Assembly: GCA_945859975.1 (NCBI GenBank)
Contig: CAMAPH010000002.1
Location: forward strand, 96,001-160,000
Direction: 5' to 3'
Length of the DNA: 64,000 nucleotides
Origin: Chthonomonas calidirosea
GTDB lineage: Bacteria; Armatimonadota; Fimbriimonadia; Fimbriimonadales; Fimbriimonadaceae
Shown: piece by piece, positions 46,644 to 57,080 of the stretch
How positions within the stretch are numbered: the stretch's first letter is position 1
How the letters are laid out: every line of letters starts with the position of its first letter
Notes under the pieces: generated by a model
Told to the model about the DNA's origin: nothing
Databases searched by the model: none
The model's input: the letters and a program-made list of their open reading frames with translations, nothing else
Translations under genes and position numbers: made by a program

Positions 46644-47867
46644 GTGGTTACCGAGCGCATCAGTCTGCATGGCGATCTTCTGGACAAGAATCTTTTGGGC
46701 CAGGTCCTAGATCTTCTGAACGCGCACGGCGTTCAATTTGCCACCAAGAAGTTTCATGTTGGCGAGTGGAGCCAAATGCCTTCGATCATCGAGATCTCCA
46801 TTTCTGCGGACACGATGGACCGCCTGAACGAGACTCTGGAGGCTCTGCGTCCCCTTGGCGCAACCTTCTCGCTCGAAAACGCTACGCTCGCCGTCGCGGA
46901 GCAAGATGGCGTTTTGCCGGAAGACTTCCACAGCACCACCAACTTCCCCACTCAGGTCCTCATTGACGGGCACCGGATCGATGTCGAGAGGCTGGAGATG
47001 GACTGTGGCATTCGAGTTTGGCAAGACCAGGGCCGCTGGCGAGCCGAAACTTGCCCGATGCATCGCGTCATCAAGGGTGACCTATTGGTCGTCGGTTGGG
47101 ATGGCGTGCGGGTGAGCCCGGAAACCGAGGAAGCCGATGAGCAGGAAGCCTTCCGCTTTATGAGCAACGACATCAGCTCAGAGCGTCCGAAGTCCCGCAT
47201 GATCGCCCAAGCCGCCGCACACATTCGCGAGGCCCGTGCAAAGGGCGAAAAGGTGCTGCTCGTCGGCGGTCCCGCCATCATCCATTCCGGCTGTGGGCCG
47301 GTGCTTGCTCAGCTCATTCAGAACGGCTGGATTACGCTGCTCTTCGCGGGCAACGCACTTGCCGCGCACGACATCGAATCCGAGATGCTCGGAACGTCTC
47401 TCGGCGTTGATCTCGGAACCGGGCAGAGCAAGACTCACGGACATACCCACCATCTGCGCGCGATCAACCGTGTGCGCCGCGCGGGCAGCATTCAAGCTGC
47501 CGTTGAGACCGGCCTCATCACGGCGGGTGCAATGCATGCCTGCATCAAAACGGGCACGCCGTTTGTACTTTGCGGCTCGATTCGAGACGACGGCCCATTG
47601 CCGGATGTCATTACGGACAACGTGCTCGCCGTGGACACGATGCGCGAGCACGTCGGGAACGTTGGCGTGTGCCTGATGGTCGCGACGACCCTTCACAGCG
47701 TTGCTACTGGCAACATCCTTCCGGCCAAGGTCAAGACTTACTGCGTCGATTCCGATGCGGATACCGTGATCAAACTCACTGACCGTGGCACCCACCAGGC
47801 GGTCGGGATCGTGACCGATTGCGAGTTCTTTATGAAGGAACTGTCCGCCCAACTCGGAACCAACTGA
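46644..47867 (+). CDS. TIGR00300 family ornithine cyclodeaminase-like (LOR/SDH) protein
   Basis: FHSTTN, EMDC, FMSNDISSERPK, GNALAAHDIE, GSIRDDGPLP, LHSVATGN. Confidence 0.88.
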   Translation: MVTERISLHGDLLDKNLLGQVLDLLNAHGVQFATKKFHVGEWSQMPSIIEISISADTMDRLNETLEALRPLGATFSLENATLAVAEQDGVLPEDFHSTTNFPTQVLIDGHRIDVERLEMDCGIRVWQDQGRWRAETCPMHRVIKGDLLVVGWDGVRVSPETEEADEQEAFRFMSNDISSERPKSRMIAQAAAHIREARAKGEKVLLVGGPAIIHSGCGPVLAQLIQNGWITLLFAGNALAAHDIESEMLGTSLGVDLGTGQSKTHGHTHHLRAINRVRRAGSIQAAVETGLITAGAMHACIKTGTPFVLCGSIRDDGPLPDVITDNVLAVDTMREHVGNVGVCLMVATTLHSVATGNILPAKVKTYCVDSDADTVIKLTDRGTHQAVGIVTDCEFFMKELSAQLGTN

Positions 47868-47898
47868 AACAATTTCATCCGAAGATCCCAAAAACTGG

Positions 47899-47927
47899 CG
47901 CCTTGGTAGACACTGTCTACCAAGGCG
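47899..47927. promoter_or_regulatory. perfect 14-bp inverted repeat, probable TetR operator
   Basis: CGCCTTGGTAGACA-C-TGTCTACCAAGGCG 20 bp upstream of an operon ending in a TetR gene. Confidence 0.75.
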
Positions 47928-47947
47928 TGGTAGGGTGACGCTGGCTC

Positions 47948-49273
47948 ATGAAAATGGATCATCCGACCGTCCTCAAAGTGAAGGCGCAACCTCCGGCAGC
48001 GGAACCAACGCGAATTACTGCCCAAGAACTCCGCCAGCTCTGCCTCGATTGCGGTGCCGACGATGCCGGTGTGGTTCTCCTGGAGCGCCCGGAGCTTGAT
48101 ACGGAGCGTTCTTACATCCTGAAGGCCCTCCCTTCTACTCAGGCGGTCATTTCCTTTGTTGTCCGAATGTCACCCGAAGCCGTCCGCTCGACCGCCCGAA
48201 GCGTGGCGAATCAAGAATTCCATGCCGCGACCAAGGAACTCACCCACATTGCAAGGGCCATTTCGAAAGCTTTGCGAGACCGGGGGATCAGGTCGCTCCC
48301 GACCGCCGCCGGATTTCCGATGGAAATGACGGAGCTGCCGGGCCGAAGTTGGATTGTCGCGCACAAGGTCGTGGCCGAAGCCGCGGGCATGGGCAAAATG
48401 GGGATTCACCGGAATGTCATCCATCCGATCTTCGGCAACTTCATCTTGCTGGACAGCATTCTCATCGACACGGCGCCAACCGATGACAGCCAGCCGATCG
48501 ATTACAACCCGTGTCTCGAATGCAAGCTTTGCGTGGCCGCTTGCCCGGTCGGGGCAATTGCGCCAGATGGTCACTTCGATGCCGTGGCGTGCCTCAACCA
48601 CAACTATCGTGAATTCTTTGGTGGGTTTATCGACTGGGTGGATACCGTCGCGGATAGCAAGAACCGGCACGAGTACCAAAGGAAGGTGGAAGACACGGAA
48701 ACCGCAAGCCTTTGGCAAAGCCTATCGTTTGGTGCGAACTACAAATCGGCTTACTGCGTTGCGGCTTGCCCGGCTGGGGAGGACGTGATCGGGCCGTTTC
48801 TTCGAAACAAAGCAAAGTTCATCAAGGAAGTTTTGAATCCGTTGCAGGAGAAGGAGGAGCGAATCTACGTGGTGCCGGGAACGGACGCGGATGCATACGT
48901 GCAGAAACGATTCCCCCACAAAACGGTCCGGCACATTGGAAGCGGGATTAGGCCACGGACCCTTGCAAAGTTTCTCGAAGCGATGCCCCTTGGCTTCCAA
49001 CGCGGAAAAGCCCGTGGCCTTTTGCTACGACTGCACTTTACGTTCACCGGGCCCGAGCCTGGTCAATTCACGTTCACGATTGCGAATCAAAAGCTCAACA
49101 TCGAACGCTCCCACACCGGGACTCCGGATCTTTCTGTCACCGTGAACTCCCGAGCTTGGCTGGATTTTGTTTCGAAGCGGCGTTCGTTGCCAAATCTCCT
49201 TCTCACCCGAGCCCTCCGGCTGCGTGGAAATCCCAAACACCTGGCTGCTTTTGGAAAGTGCTTCCCCGGATAA
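47948..49273 (+). CDS. QueG/reductive dehalogenase-like 4Fe-4S protein fused to an SCP2 sterol-binding domain
   Basis: HKVVAEAAGMGKMGIH, CLECKLCVAACPVGAI, CVAACP; C-terminal SCP2. Confidence 0.82.
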   Translation: MKMDHPTVLKVKAQPPAAEPTRITAQELRQLCLDCGADDAGVVLLERPELDTERSYILKALPSTQAVISFVVRMSPEAVRSTARSVANQEFHAATKELTHIARAISKALRDRGIRSLPTAAGFPMEMTELPGRSWIVAHKVVAEAAGMGKMGIHRNVIHPIFGNFILLDSILIDTAPTDDSQPIDYNPCLECKLCVAACPVGAIAPDGHFDAVACLNHNYREFFGGFIDWVDTVADSKNRHEYQRKVEDTETASLWQSLSFGANYKSAYCVAACPAGEDVIGPFLRNKAKFIKEVLNPLQEKEERIYVVPGTDADAYVQKRFPHKTVRHIGSGIRPRTLAKFLEAMPLGFQRGKARGLLLRLHFTFTGPEPGQFTFTIANQKLNIERSHTGTPDLSVTVNSRAWLDFVSKRRSLPNLLLTRALRLRGNPKHLAAFGKCFPG

Positions 49274-49279
49274 TTGAAC

Positions 49280-50074
49280 ATGAATCAACGCCTGAAATCT
49301 CAGTACGGCCCTTGGGCCATTGTCACTGGTGCATCCTCCGGCATCGGGCAAGCGTTTGCCACTGAGCTTGCCACCGCCGGGCTCAATGTCGTCCTGGTCG
49401 CCCGAAACGAGTCTGCTCTAGCCAATCTCGAATTGATTCTTCGGAAGGCGCACTCCATCCAAACCCGGGTGATCGTGGCCGATTTAGCCGAGAGAGCCGG
49501 GGTGATCAGCGTTACAGAAGGCACCAAAGATCTCGAAATCGGACTACTGGTTGCATCGGCTGGGTTTGGCTCATCGGGGCCGTTCCTTGCCGCCGATATC
49601 GCGGAACACCAAAACATGCTCAGCGTCAATTGCGATGCGCTGATGACGCTGACTCACGGCATCGGGGCTCGACTCAATGCACAACGCCGAGGCGGGGTCA
49701 TTCTGCTCTCCAGCCTCCTGGCTTGGCAGGGGGTGCCGAACTCGGCGGTTTATGCCGCGAGCAAGGGGTTTGTGCAATCGCTTGCGGAAGGTTTGTCGCT
49801 GGAATGGAAATCGAACGGCGTGGACGTGCTGAGTTGTGCGCCCGGGCCGGTGCTCACCGCCTTCGAAAAGCGAGCGAATATGACGATCAAGGCCGGCGCG
49901 ACCGCCGAGCAGGTCGCCAAGGCATCGCTCCGCGCCCTCGGGAGGCGCTCATTGGTCATTCCCGGAGTGCTTTCAAAAGTTCTCAGCTATTCGCTATTCA
50001 CCTGTCCGCGCCCTTGGCGGGTCCATATCATGAAGCAGGTGATGGCGGGACTCTCGAACTACGGAAAGTCGTAG
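49280..50074 (+). CDS. short-chain dehydrogenase/reductase
   Basis: TGASSGIG, YAASK. Confidence 0.93.
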   Translation: MNQRLKSQYGPWAIVTGASSGIGQAFATELATAGLNVVLVARNESALANLELILRKAHSIQTRVIVADLAERAGVISVTEGTKDLEIGLLVASAGFGSSGPFLAADIAEHQNMLSVNCDALMTLTHGIGARLNAQRRGGVILLSSLLAWQGVPNSAVYAASKGFVQSLAEGLSLEWKSNGVDVLSCAPGPVLTAFEKRANMTIKAGATAEQVAKASLRALGRRSLVIPGVLSKVLSYSLFTCPRPWRVHIMKQVMAGLSNYGKS

Positions 50075-50088
50075 ACTTGACGTCACTG

Positions 50089-50751
50089 ATGTCGGAACTC
50101 TCCAACCCAACTCGGGCGGATCGGTCAGGGCTTGGCGTGCGCGAAGCATGTATTCAGGAAGCCCTGAACATCATCGCGACCGACGGGATTGAGAACCTGA
50201 GCCTCCGCGAAGTTGCACGCCGACTTTCGATTTCCCATCAGGCGCCATACAAGCACTTCCCTAACCGTGAAGATTTGCTGGCCGAGGTCATCGGGCGGGC
50301 ATTCGACGACTTCGCGACTTTTCTCCATTCTCGTCCGGTGGCCGAGCACCCTCAGCAGGACCTTGGCGAGATCGGCCAAAGGTATCTAACTTATGCCCGG
50401 GTAAAGCCGCTCCAGTACCGGCTGATGTTCGAGACGCCCTTTCCAAACCTCCATCGCCACGCGGGACTAGAACAAAAGGCGACGGCCGCCTTCGGCCTTC
50501 TTCACGACGCGATTCGGCGGTTGCGCGGCAACGACAATCCCGAAGCGAACCGGGAGTTGGCGCTTTTTGCTTGGTCCACCGTACATGGTTTGGCTTCGAT
50601 CACGACGAACGGCGCATTGCCGGCGGTCGGAATTTCTGCCCCGGATGCGCAATCCCGCGCGGTCGAACATGTGCTGGCCATGATCTGCAACGGCATCGTC
50701 GCGCCTTCTCCGTTCACAATATCGAAGCCCAATGAGCCAACCAAACCCTGA
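50089..50751 (+). CDS. TetR/AcrR family regulator with WHG-type C-terminal domain
   Basis: LSLREVARRLSISHQAPYKHF; WSTVHG. Confidence 0.92.
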   Translation: MSELSNPTRADRSGLGVREACIQEALNIIATDGIENLSLREVARRLSISHQAPYKHFPNREDLLAEVIGRAFDDFATFLHSRPVAEHPQQDLGEIGQRYLTYARVKPLQYRLMFETPFPNLHRHAGLEQKATAAFGLLHDAIRRLRGNDNPEANRELALFAWSTVHGLASITTNGALPAVGISAPDAQSRAVEHVLAMICNGIVAPSPFTISKPNEPTKP

Positions 50752-51742
50752 AAGCTGGCAGCGCATGGTGTTGAAATCCATGCCAAAACCGCTTTGGCTC
50801 ACCCAAGAGGGCCCGCATCGCGATGTCTGTCTGAGCACCCGCGTTCGGATTATGCGAAACCTTGTGGGCCATCGGTTTCCTACCTTTGCCGACCCCGAGG
50901 AGCTAAATGGGATCATGGCGGAGGTTCTTGCCGCGACCGAGGTGGAAAAGTTTGAATCGACGAAAAACCTCACCAACGCGGAGCGGGACTACCTCGTTGC
51001 CTCGCGTCTCGTCAGCCCGGAATTTCCTTGGACCCTCCCCGGCCGTGCCCTGCTGACTAACCAAGAACGCAGCCTTTGCGTGATGGTGAATGAGGAGGAC
51101 CACGTCCGCGCGCAGGCGATTCTCGGCGGATGGAACCTAGACGCGGCCAGCCCTTTGGTCTCGGGCCTCATCAAGCGGATGGCGGGCAAACTCGATTTCT
51201 GCACTCACCCCAAATTCGGCTACCTGGCCGCATCGCCGCCCAACTGTGGATCGGGCCGTAGGACGAGCATTTTCTTCCACCTCATCGGCCTCGCCCACTC
51301 CAAACGTCTACCATCTGTCCTCCAAGCTCTGGCAACCAAGAACATCGTTGTTAGAGGGCTCTTTGGCGAATCGAGCCGAGCGATCGGTGCCTTTTTGCAG
51401 GTGAGCGTTTTGCGAGAGGAAGACGCCGAGTTTCGGGGTGCCTGCGAATATTTGGTGCAGCAAGAGCGGATCGCCCGTGAGGACCGGCTGAGCGGGCAAT
51501 TGCGAACTCGGGCCGATCAGGCTCGGGATTTTGCGCTCGCGAACCGGACTCTGTCGCTCGCCGACTCCGTCCGAATCCTTGGCTGGATTCGCTGGGCTGC
51601 CGCCGAAAAACTTTCCACCTTCCCCGCGACCGTGCTTTCGGTCGATCACGTTTTGGCATCTCTAGAACTCCGGCCAACTCTCGGTGAGGACGCGGCGGGC
51701 ACCACCCGCGCCGACCTTATCCACCAATTGTGCGAAAGCTAA
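50732..51742 (+). CDS. mcsB: protein arginine kinase-like ATP:guanido phosphotransferase
   Basis: STRVRIMRNL, VMVNEEDH, GYL...N.G.G, VRGLFGE.S.A.G...QVS. Confidence 0.82.
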   Translation: MSQPNPESWQRMVLKSMPKPLWLTQEGPHRDVCLSTRVRIMRNLVGHRFPTFADPEELNGIMAEVLAATEVEKFESTKNLTNAERDYLVASRLVSPEFPWTLPGRALLTNQERSLCVMVNEEDHVRAQAILGGWNLDAASPLVSGLIKRMAGKLDFCTHPKFGYLAASPPNCGSGRRTSIFFHLIGLAHSKRLPSVLQALATKNIVVRGLFGESSRAIGAFLQVSVLREEDAEFRGACEYLVQQERIAREDRLSGQLRTRADQARDFALANRTLSLADSVRILGWIRWAAAEKLSTFPATVLSVDHVLASLELRPTLGEDAAGTTRADLIHQLCES

Positions 51743-51818
51743 GGGAAAACCCGTTAGCAACCATTCCCTCTGGAAAACTCCGTGGAAAAGCTGCGTCAAA
51801 CATTCGGAAAAATTATGC

Positions 51819-51872
51819 TTGACACACAACCGCTTGTGGTTGAATAATGTTTGTAACCCAATATGTTGGGTT
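51819..51872 (+). promoter_or_regulatory. sigma70 promoter overlapped by tandem NrdR boxes
   Basis: TTGACA 51819, AATAAT 51843; boxes ACACAACCGCTTGTGG (51824) and ACCCAATATGTTGGGT (51856), 32 bp apart. Confidence 0.8.
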
Positions 51873-51886
51873 GGAGTCTAAAGAAA

Positions 51887-52354
51887 GTGCGTTGTCCGTT
51901 CTGTGGTTATGTCGATCAGCGAGTGCTGGATTCACGTCCATCGCTCGAAGGCGACTCCGTTCGACGTCGCCGTGAGTGCACGGGATGCGGACGAAGATTC
52001 ACGACGTTCGAAAAAGCCGAAAGGCCGCGACTATTTGTCGTGAAGCGAGATCGATCGCGAGAAGAGTTCGACCGAGACAAGGTGATGAACTCGCTCCTCC
52101 TCGCGTGCCGCAAACGCCGGATTCCAATTGAGGACCTCCGCGCCGCCGTACAACGCATCGAACGGGACCTATTTATCGAAGCCGATGAAGAAGTGCCCAC
52201 CCAAGCCATCGGAGAGCGCGTCCTCCGAGAACTTCGCCGCATCGATCAAGTCGCCTACGTACGCTTTGCCAGCGTCTACCGCGACTTCGAAACTCTCGAT
52301 GATTTCATCGGCATCGTCAACGATGTCAGCGGCCGCGCAACCATCGCCGTTTAG
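51887..52354 (+). CDS. nrdR: transcriptional repressor NrdR
   Basis: CPFC...VLDSR...RRRRECTGC..RFTTFE, ATP-cone, VAYVRFASVYR. Confidence 0.97.
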   Translation: MRCPFCGYVDQRVLDSRPSLEGDSVRRRRECTGCGRRFTTFEKAERPRLFVVKRDRSREEFDRDKVMNSLLLACRKRRIPIEDLRAAVQRIERDLFIEADEEVPTQAIGERVLRELRRIDQVAYVRFASVYRDFETLDDFIGIVNDVSGRATIAV

Positions 52355-52416
52355 TAATCAGATCAGAATTTAGGTAGACAAAAGTCCACATATCAAGGAG
52401 AATGTAGCAGGAAGCC

Positions 52417-55400
52417 ATGCAAGTTAGTCGTTATTTCACTGTCGCCGATCAGAGTCCGTACTCAGGGATTGAGTTTGAAGCTCGAAAATCCGAAATCAAG
52501 AACACCGACGGGTCAAAGGTGTTCTCGATGGAGAACGTCATGGTTCCATCCGGATGGAGCCAAGTTGCCACCGACATCCTGGCCCAAAAATATTTCCGCA
52601 AAGCGGGCCTAACCGTCGGACAGGTGAACGGCAAAGAGTACGCCGGAGTCAATGCCGAGCACGTCACCCCAGTTGCCGAGCACGAGTCCGATTCCCGCCA
52701 GGTCTTCCACCGCCTTGCCGGCTGTTGGCGAAGTTGGGGCGAAGCGAACGCCTACTTCGATACTGCCGCAGATGCTCAAGCTTTTTATGACGAGCTCGTC
52801 CGCATGCTCGCGATGCAGGTCGCCGCGCCGAACAGTCCGCAGTGGTTTAACACCGGCTTGCACTTTGCCTACGGCATCGAAGGTGTGGCTCAAGGTCACT
52901 ACTTCGTCAATCCAAATACCGGCGAACTTGAGCGATCGGCGAACGCCTACGAGCGACCTCAGCCGCATGCTTGCTTCATTTTGAGCGTCAAGGATGACCT
53001 CGTGAACGAAGGCGGCATCATGGACCTCTGGACCCGTGAAGCCCGAATCTTCAAGTACGGCTCCGGCGTCGGCACCAACTTCTCGAAGATTCGCGGCGAG
53101 AGCGAAAAGCTGTCCGGCGGCGGCCGCAGTTCCGGCCTCATGAGCTTCCTTCGCGTCGGCGACCGATCTGCCGGCGCCATCAAGTCCGGTGGAACCACCC
53201 GCCGCGCGGCGAAGATGGTCTGCCTTGACCTTGATCACCCAGACATCGAAGAGTTCATCAACTGGAAGGTTCGCGAAGAGCAGAAGGTTGCCGCGCTAGT
53301 TGCCGGTAGCCGGATTGTTCAGAAGCACCTGAACGCCGTCATGGCCGCTTGCACCAGCGACACGAGCGAAGGTCGATTCAACCCGCGCACGAATCCCGCG
53401 CTGTACCGCGCCGTCGCCGAAGCCAAAGCTTCCGAGGTTCCACCGAACTACATCCAGCGGGCGATTCAGTTTGCCCAGCAGGGTTACACCTCGCTGGAAA
53501 CCGAGACCTACGACACCGGCTACGAGAGCGAGGCTTACCTGACCGTATCTGGCCAGAACAGCAACAACTCGGTCCGCGTTCCGAACGAATTCTTCTATGC
53601 CGTTCAGCAGGGCAAGTCTTGGGATTTGACTTCCCGAACCACCGGCAAGACGGTGAAGTCGGTTGAGGCGACCGACCTTTGGGAGCAGATTTGCGAAGCC
53701 GCTTGGAACAGTGCTGACCCAGGTCTTCAGTACGACACCACCATCAACGAGTGGCACACCTGCCCCGCCGATGGTCGAATCAACGCCAGCAACCCTTGCT
53801 CGGAGTACATGTTCCTCGACGACACCGCGTGCAACCTCGCCAGCATCAACCTGGTGAAGTTCTACAACCCGGAGACGCGAGAATTTGACATCAAGGGCTA
53901 CCAGCACGCCATCCGAATCTGGACGATGGTTCTGGAAATCAGCGTTCTCATGGCGCAGTTCCCGAGCAAGGAGATCGCCCAGCTCAGCTATGACTTCCGC
54001 ACCCTCGGCCTCGGCTATGCCAACCTCGGCGCGCTCCTCATGCAGATGGGAATCGCCTACGACAGCCCAGAAGGCTTCGCGATCACCGGAGCCCTCACCG
54101 GCATCCTTGGTGGCGGCGCCTATGCTGCGAGCGCCGAAATGGCGCGAGAGCACGGACCGTTCCCGGGCTACGAGCGCAACGCGGAGAACATGCTGCGGGT
54201 CATCCGAAACCACCGCCGCGCTACTTACAACGCGCCGAAGGACGACTACGAATCGCTCAGCGTGTATCCCGTCGGGATCGACCAGAACATCTGCCCGGCC
54301 GATATGCTCGCCGCATCCAAGGACATTTGGGATCAGGCACTGGCCCTTGGCGAGAAGCACGGCTTCCGCAACGCTCAGGTCACCGTTCTCGCCCCAACCG
54401 GCACGATCGGTCTGATCATGGACTGCGACACCACCGGAATCGAGCCCGATTTCGCGCTGGTCAAGTTCAAGAAGCTCTCGGGAGGCGGTTACTTCAAGAT
54501 CATCAACCAGGGTATTCCGGTCTCCCTTCGCGGCCTCGGATACTCGCAGGCTCAGATCGACGGAATCATCGGCTACGCGCTTGGCCACAAGACGCTCGCC
54601 GGTGCGCCGTACATCAACCACGAATCGCTGGGCATGAAGGGCTTCGGCTCCGAGCAGATCCAGGCGATCGAAGCCGCCCTTGAGTCGGCCTTCGAAATCG
54701 GCTTTGCCTTCAACAAGTTCACCCTGGGCGATGACTTCTGCCAGAACGTGCTCGGCTTCAACGCCGATCAGCTCAACGATTGGTCGTTCAGCATGCTGCA
54801 GGAGCTCGGCTTCTCCAAGGCCGAAATCGATGCTGCAAACGAGTACGTCTGCGGAACGATGACCGTCGAAGGTGCACCAGACCTTCGACCCGAGCATCTA
54901 CCGATCTTCGACTGCGCCAACAAGTGCGGAAAGAAGGGCACGCGGTTCATCCACGCCAGCGGACACATCCGACAAATGGCCGCCGCGCAGCCGTTCCTTT
55001 CGGGAGCCATCAGCAAGACGATCAACTTGCCCGCCGAAGCTAGCATCAAGGATGTTGCCGACGCTTACTGGCTCAGTTGGAACCTTGGCATCAAGGCAAA
55101 CGCCCTGTACCGAGACGGAAGCAAACTAAGCCAGCCGCTGAACGCGAGCTCGGACGATGCTGCCGCCGCCATTCTCGACGCATCGCTCGATCACCCGGCT
55201 CCGGTCGCGGCGGTCGAAACCAATGACGCCGTGATGGACGCCGCCACCAAGCTGGTCTATCGCTACATCAGTAAGCGCCGAAGCATGCCCGCCCGACGTC
55301 GCGGCTACACGCAAAAGGCCCGAGTTGGAGGCCACAAGGTCTACCTGCGAACGGGTGAGTTTGAAGACGGAACGCTGGGAGAAATCTTCGTGGATATGCA

Positions 55401-56073
55401 CCGCGAAGGTGCCGCCTTCCGGTCGCTCATGAACTGCTTCGCCATCGCGATTTCGCTTGGCTTGCAGTACGGCGTGCCGCTCGAAGAATTCGTCGAAGCG
55501 TTTGTCTTCACCCGGTTCGAGCCAAATGGCCCGGTCGCCGATCACCAGAACATCAAGATGTCCACCAGCATCGTGGACTACATGTTCCGCGAGTTGGCGC
55601 TGAGCTACCTTGGCCGAACGGACCTGGTTCAGGTGAAGCCCGAAGATCTGCGGAATGACACGGTTGGCCGACCAAGCCAGTACCCTGACTTCGATGATGA
55701 AGAAGTGGAAGACGAGAACTTCGCTGGCCACATCCCTGGCCGCGCCGGGACCGAGCACTCCTCGGCCGGTTTCCAAGCCCCGCTGCCTTTCGGTGACAAC
55801 GCCGGAGCAACGGGTAGCCCAACCGACACCCTGATCCGCTCCCAAGTCGGCGCGGCGGCGGTATACGAGGATCGTTTCGTGAGCGGAAACGGCGCCAATG
55901 GCCGAGCGCTGATTGAGACCTCGGCTCGGTCGGAGAGTTCGGAGAAGGTTCGAATCGCTCGCCTAAAAGGCTACGAATCCGACCCGTGCACAAACTGCGG
56001 GTCGTTCACGATGGTCCGCAATGGCGTCTGCCTCAAGTGCGACACCTGCGGCGAAACGAGCGGCTGCAGCTAG
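52417..56073 (+). CDS. nrdJ: vitamin B12-dependent (class II) ribonucleotide reductase with fused TSCPD and Zn-ribbon domains
   Basis: [30 protein letters not shown]-terminal CTNC...[11 protein letters not shown]. Confidence 0.96.
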   Translation: MQVSRYFTVADQSPYSGIEFEARKSEIKNTDGSKVFSMENVMVPSGWSQVATDILAQKYFRKAGLTVGQVNGKEYAGVNAEHVTPVAEHESDSRQVFHRLAGCWRSWGEANAYFDTAADAQAFYDELVRMLAMQVAAPNSPQWFNTGLHFAYGIEGVAQGHYFVNPNTGELERSANAYERPQPHACFILSVKDDLVNEGGIMDLWTREARIFKYGSGVGTNFSKIRGESEKLSGGGRSSGLMSFLRVGDRSAGAIKSGGTTRRAAKMVCLDLDHPDIEEFINWKVREEQKVAALVAGSRIVQKHLNAVMAACTSDTSEGRFNPRTNPALYRAVAEAKASEVPPNYIQRAIQFAQQGYTSLETETYDTGYESEAYLTVSGQNSNNSVRVPNEFFYAVQQGKSWDLTSRTTGKTVKSVEATDLWEQICEAAWNSADPGLQYDTTINEWHTCPADGRINASNPCSEYMFLDDTACNLASINLVKFYNPETREFDIKGYQHAIRIWTMVLEISVLMAQFPSKEIAQLSYDFRTLGLGYANLGALLMQMGIAYDSPEGFAITGALTGILGGGAYAASAEMAREHGPFPGYERNAENMLRVIRNHRRATYNAPKDDYESLSVYPVGIDQNICPADMLAASKDIWDQALALGEKHGFRNAQVTVLAPTGTIGLIMDCDTTGIEPDFALVKFKKLSGGGYFKIINQGIPVSLRGLGYSQAQIDGIIGYALGHKTLAGAPYINHESLGMKGFGSEQIQAIEAALESAFEIGFAFNKFTLGDDFCQNVLGFNADQLNDWSFSMLQELGFSKAEIDAANEYVCGTMTVEGAPDLRPEHLPIFDCANKCGKKGTRFIHASGHIRQMAAAQPFLSGAISKTINLPAEASIKDVADAYWLSWNLGIKANALYRDGSKLSQPLNASSDDAAAAILDASLDHPAPVAAVETNDAVMDAATKLVYRYISKRRSMPARRRGYTQKARVGGHKVYLRTGEFEDGTLGEIFVDMHREGAAFRSLMNCFAIAISLGLQYGVPLEEFVEAFVFTRFEPNGPVADHQNIKMSTSIVDYMFRELALSYLGRTDLVQVKPEDLRNDTVGRPSQYPDFDDEEVEDENFAGHIPGRAGTEHSSAGFQAPLPFGDNAGATGSPTDTLIRSQVGAAAVYEDRFVSGNGANGRALIETSARSESSEKVRIARLKGYESDPCTNCGSFTMVRNGVCLKCDTCGETSGCS

Positions 56074-56078
56074 GAAGT

Positions 56079-56819
56079 ATGGAAGGATGTTCCCCACAAA
56101 ATGTGCTCCTGGCTTTCTATGAAGGTTCCGAGCGCCTCCTAAGATCACAGTTTGATGGTCTTCGGTCACATCCTTCCAAACATCCATCTATTAGAGGACA
56201 GTATCTAGAGTCATTTGTGAGTAGTTTTCTAACGAACGTGCTTCCTGATCATGTTGGCATCAGCGCAGGAACGGTGATTTCTTCCACTGGTCAATTAATG
56301 GAGCAATCTCGTCAACACGATATAATCGTGTACGATAAAACGGTTCCATCCTTCCGCGTGGATCCCCACAACGGGATTTTTCTTGCGGAAGGAGTGATCG
56401 CCTGCCTGGAAGTTAAGACTCGAATAGATCTTCCAGCAATTCGGCAGGCATCATCTGCAGCGACGATGTTGAAAGGAATGCCGAGGAACTATGGTTCTGG
56501 TCTAGGCTTTGAGAGCCCAGCACATGATCCTTCTCGGTACGCTCGTCCACTATACTTCTTGGTTGGATCGGAGGGCGCAGGGTGTAGGAGTATCTCGAAC
56601 GATTATATCAGCAAGTCGCTCATCGACGCCGTAGTCATACCATGCAGCTTAAATGTAAGTCACTCAGACCTAACGTTTAGAGCTAAAAATGCATATCACC
56701 AAACGCTACTAACGAGTAGTGACCCCGTTGGCATGGGAATCATAGCCCTAAACATCTCGACTTGGGCTGCACATCGAGGTTGTAGAAACTTTTCTCTAGC
56801 ACCGTACTTTAGCGAATAG
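56079..56819 (+). CDS. DUF6602-like putative PD-(D/E)xK nuclease
   Basis: RGQYLE..V..FL...LP, SRQHDIIVYD, LEVKT; visibly lower GC than nrdJ. Confidence 0.7.
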   Translation: MEGCSPQNVLLAFYEGSERLLRSQFDGLRSHPSKHPSIRGQYLESFVSSFLTNVLPDHVGISAGTVISSTGQLMEQSRQHDIIVYDKTVPSFRVDPHNGIFLAEGVIACLEVKTRIDLPAIRQASSAATMLKGMPRNYGSGLGFESPAHDPSRYARPLYFLVGSEGAGCRSISNDYISKSLIDAVVIPCSLNVSHSDLTFRAKNAYHQTLLTSSDPVGMGIIALNISTWAAHRGCRNFSLAPYFSE

Positions 56820-56865
56820 AATTGTTTTAGAAATATATCTTCTCTGTAGGTTTGAAAAACGAAAA

Positions 56866-57078
56866 ATGTCGGACGATAACAAAGTGAAGGGACCGGCTTC
56901 CTACTTCCCTTCAATCGAAAAAACCTACGGCCAGCCGATCTCGCATTGGGAGACGATCCTTTCCGGGCTCGCCGACAAGACCCACATGGAGCGGGTTACG
57001 GTTCTGAAAGAGCAGCACGGATTAGGCCACGGTCACGCGAACGCTTTGGTGGCCTACTTCAAGTCGAAGGCTAGTTGA
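56866..57078 (+). CDS. DUF4287 domain protein
   Basis: KGPASYFPSIEKTYG...HME.V..LK..HGLGHGHANALV. Confidence 0.92.
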   Translation: MSDDNKVKGPASYFPSIEKTYGQPISHWETILSGLADKTHMERVTVLKEQHGLGHGHANALVAYFKSKAS

Positions 57079-57080
57079 GC

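Noticed and set aside
8349..56073. B12-related genes (glmL, metH, QueG-like, nrdJ) as a cluster
   Set aside because: Scattered over 48 kb with no shared riboswitch or operon structure.
52417..56073. Intein or intron in the long nrdJ
   Set aside because: No intein or homing endonuclease motifs; the length is explained by fused TSCPD and Zn-ribbon domains.
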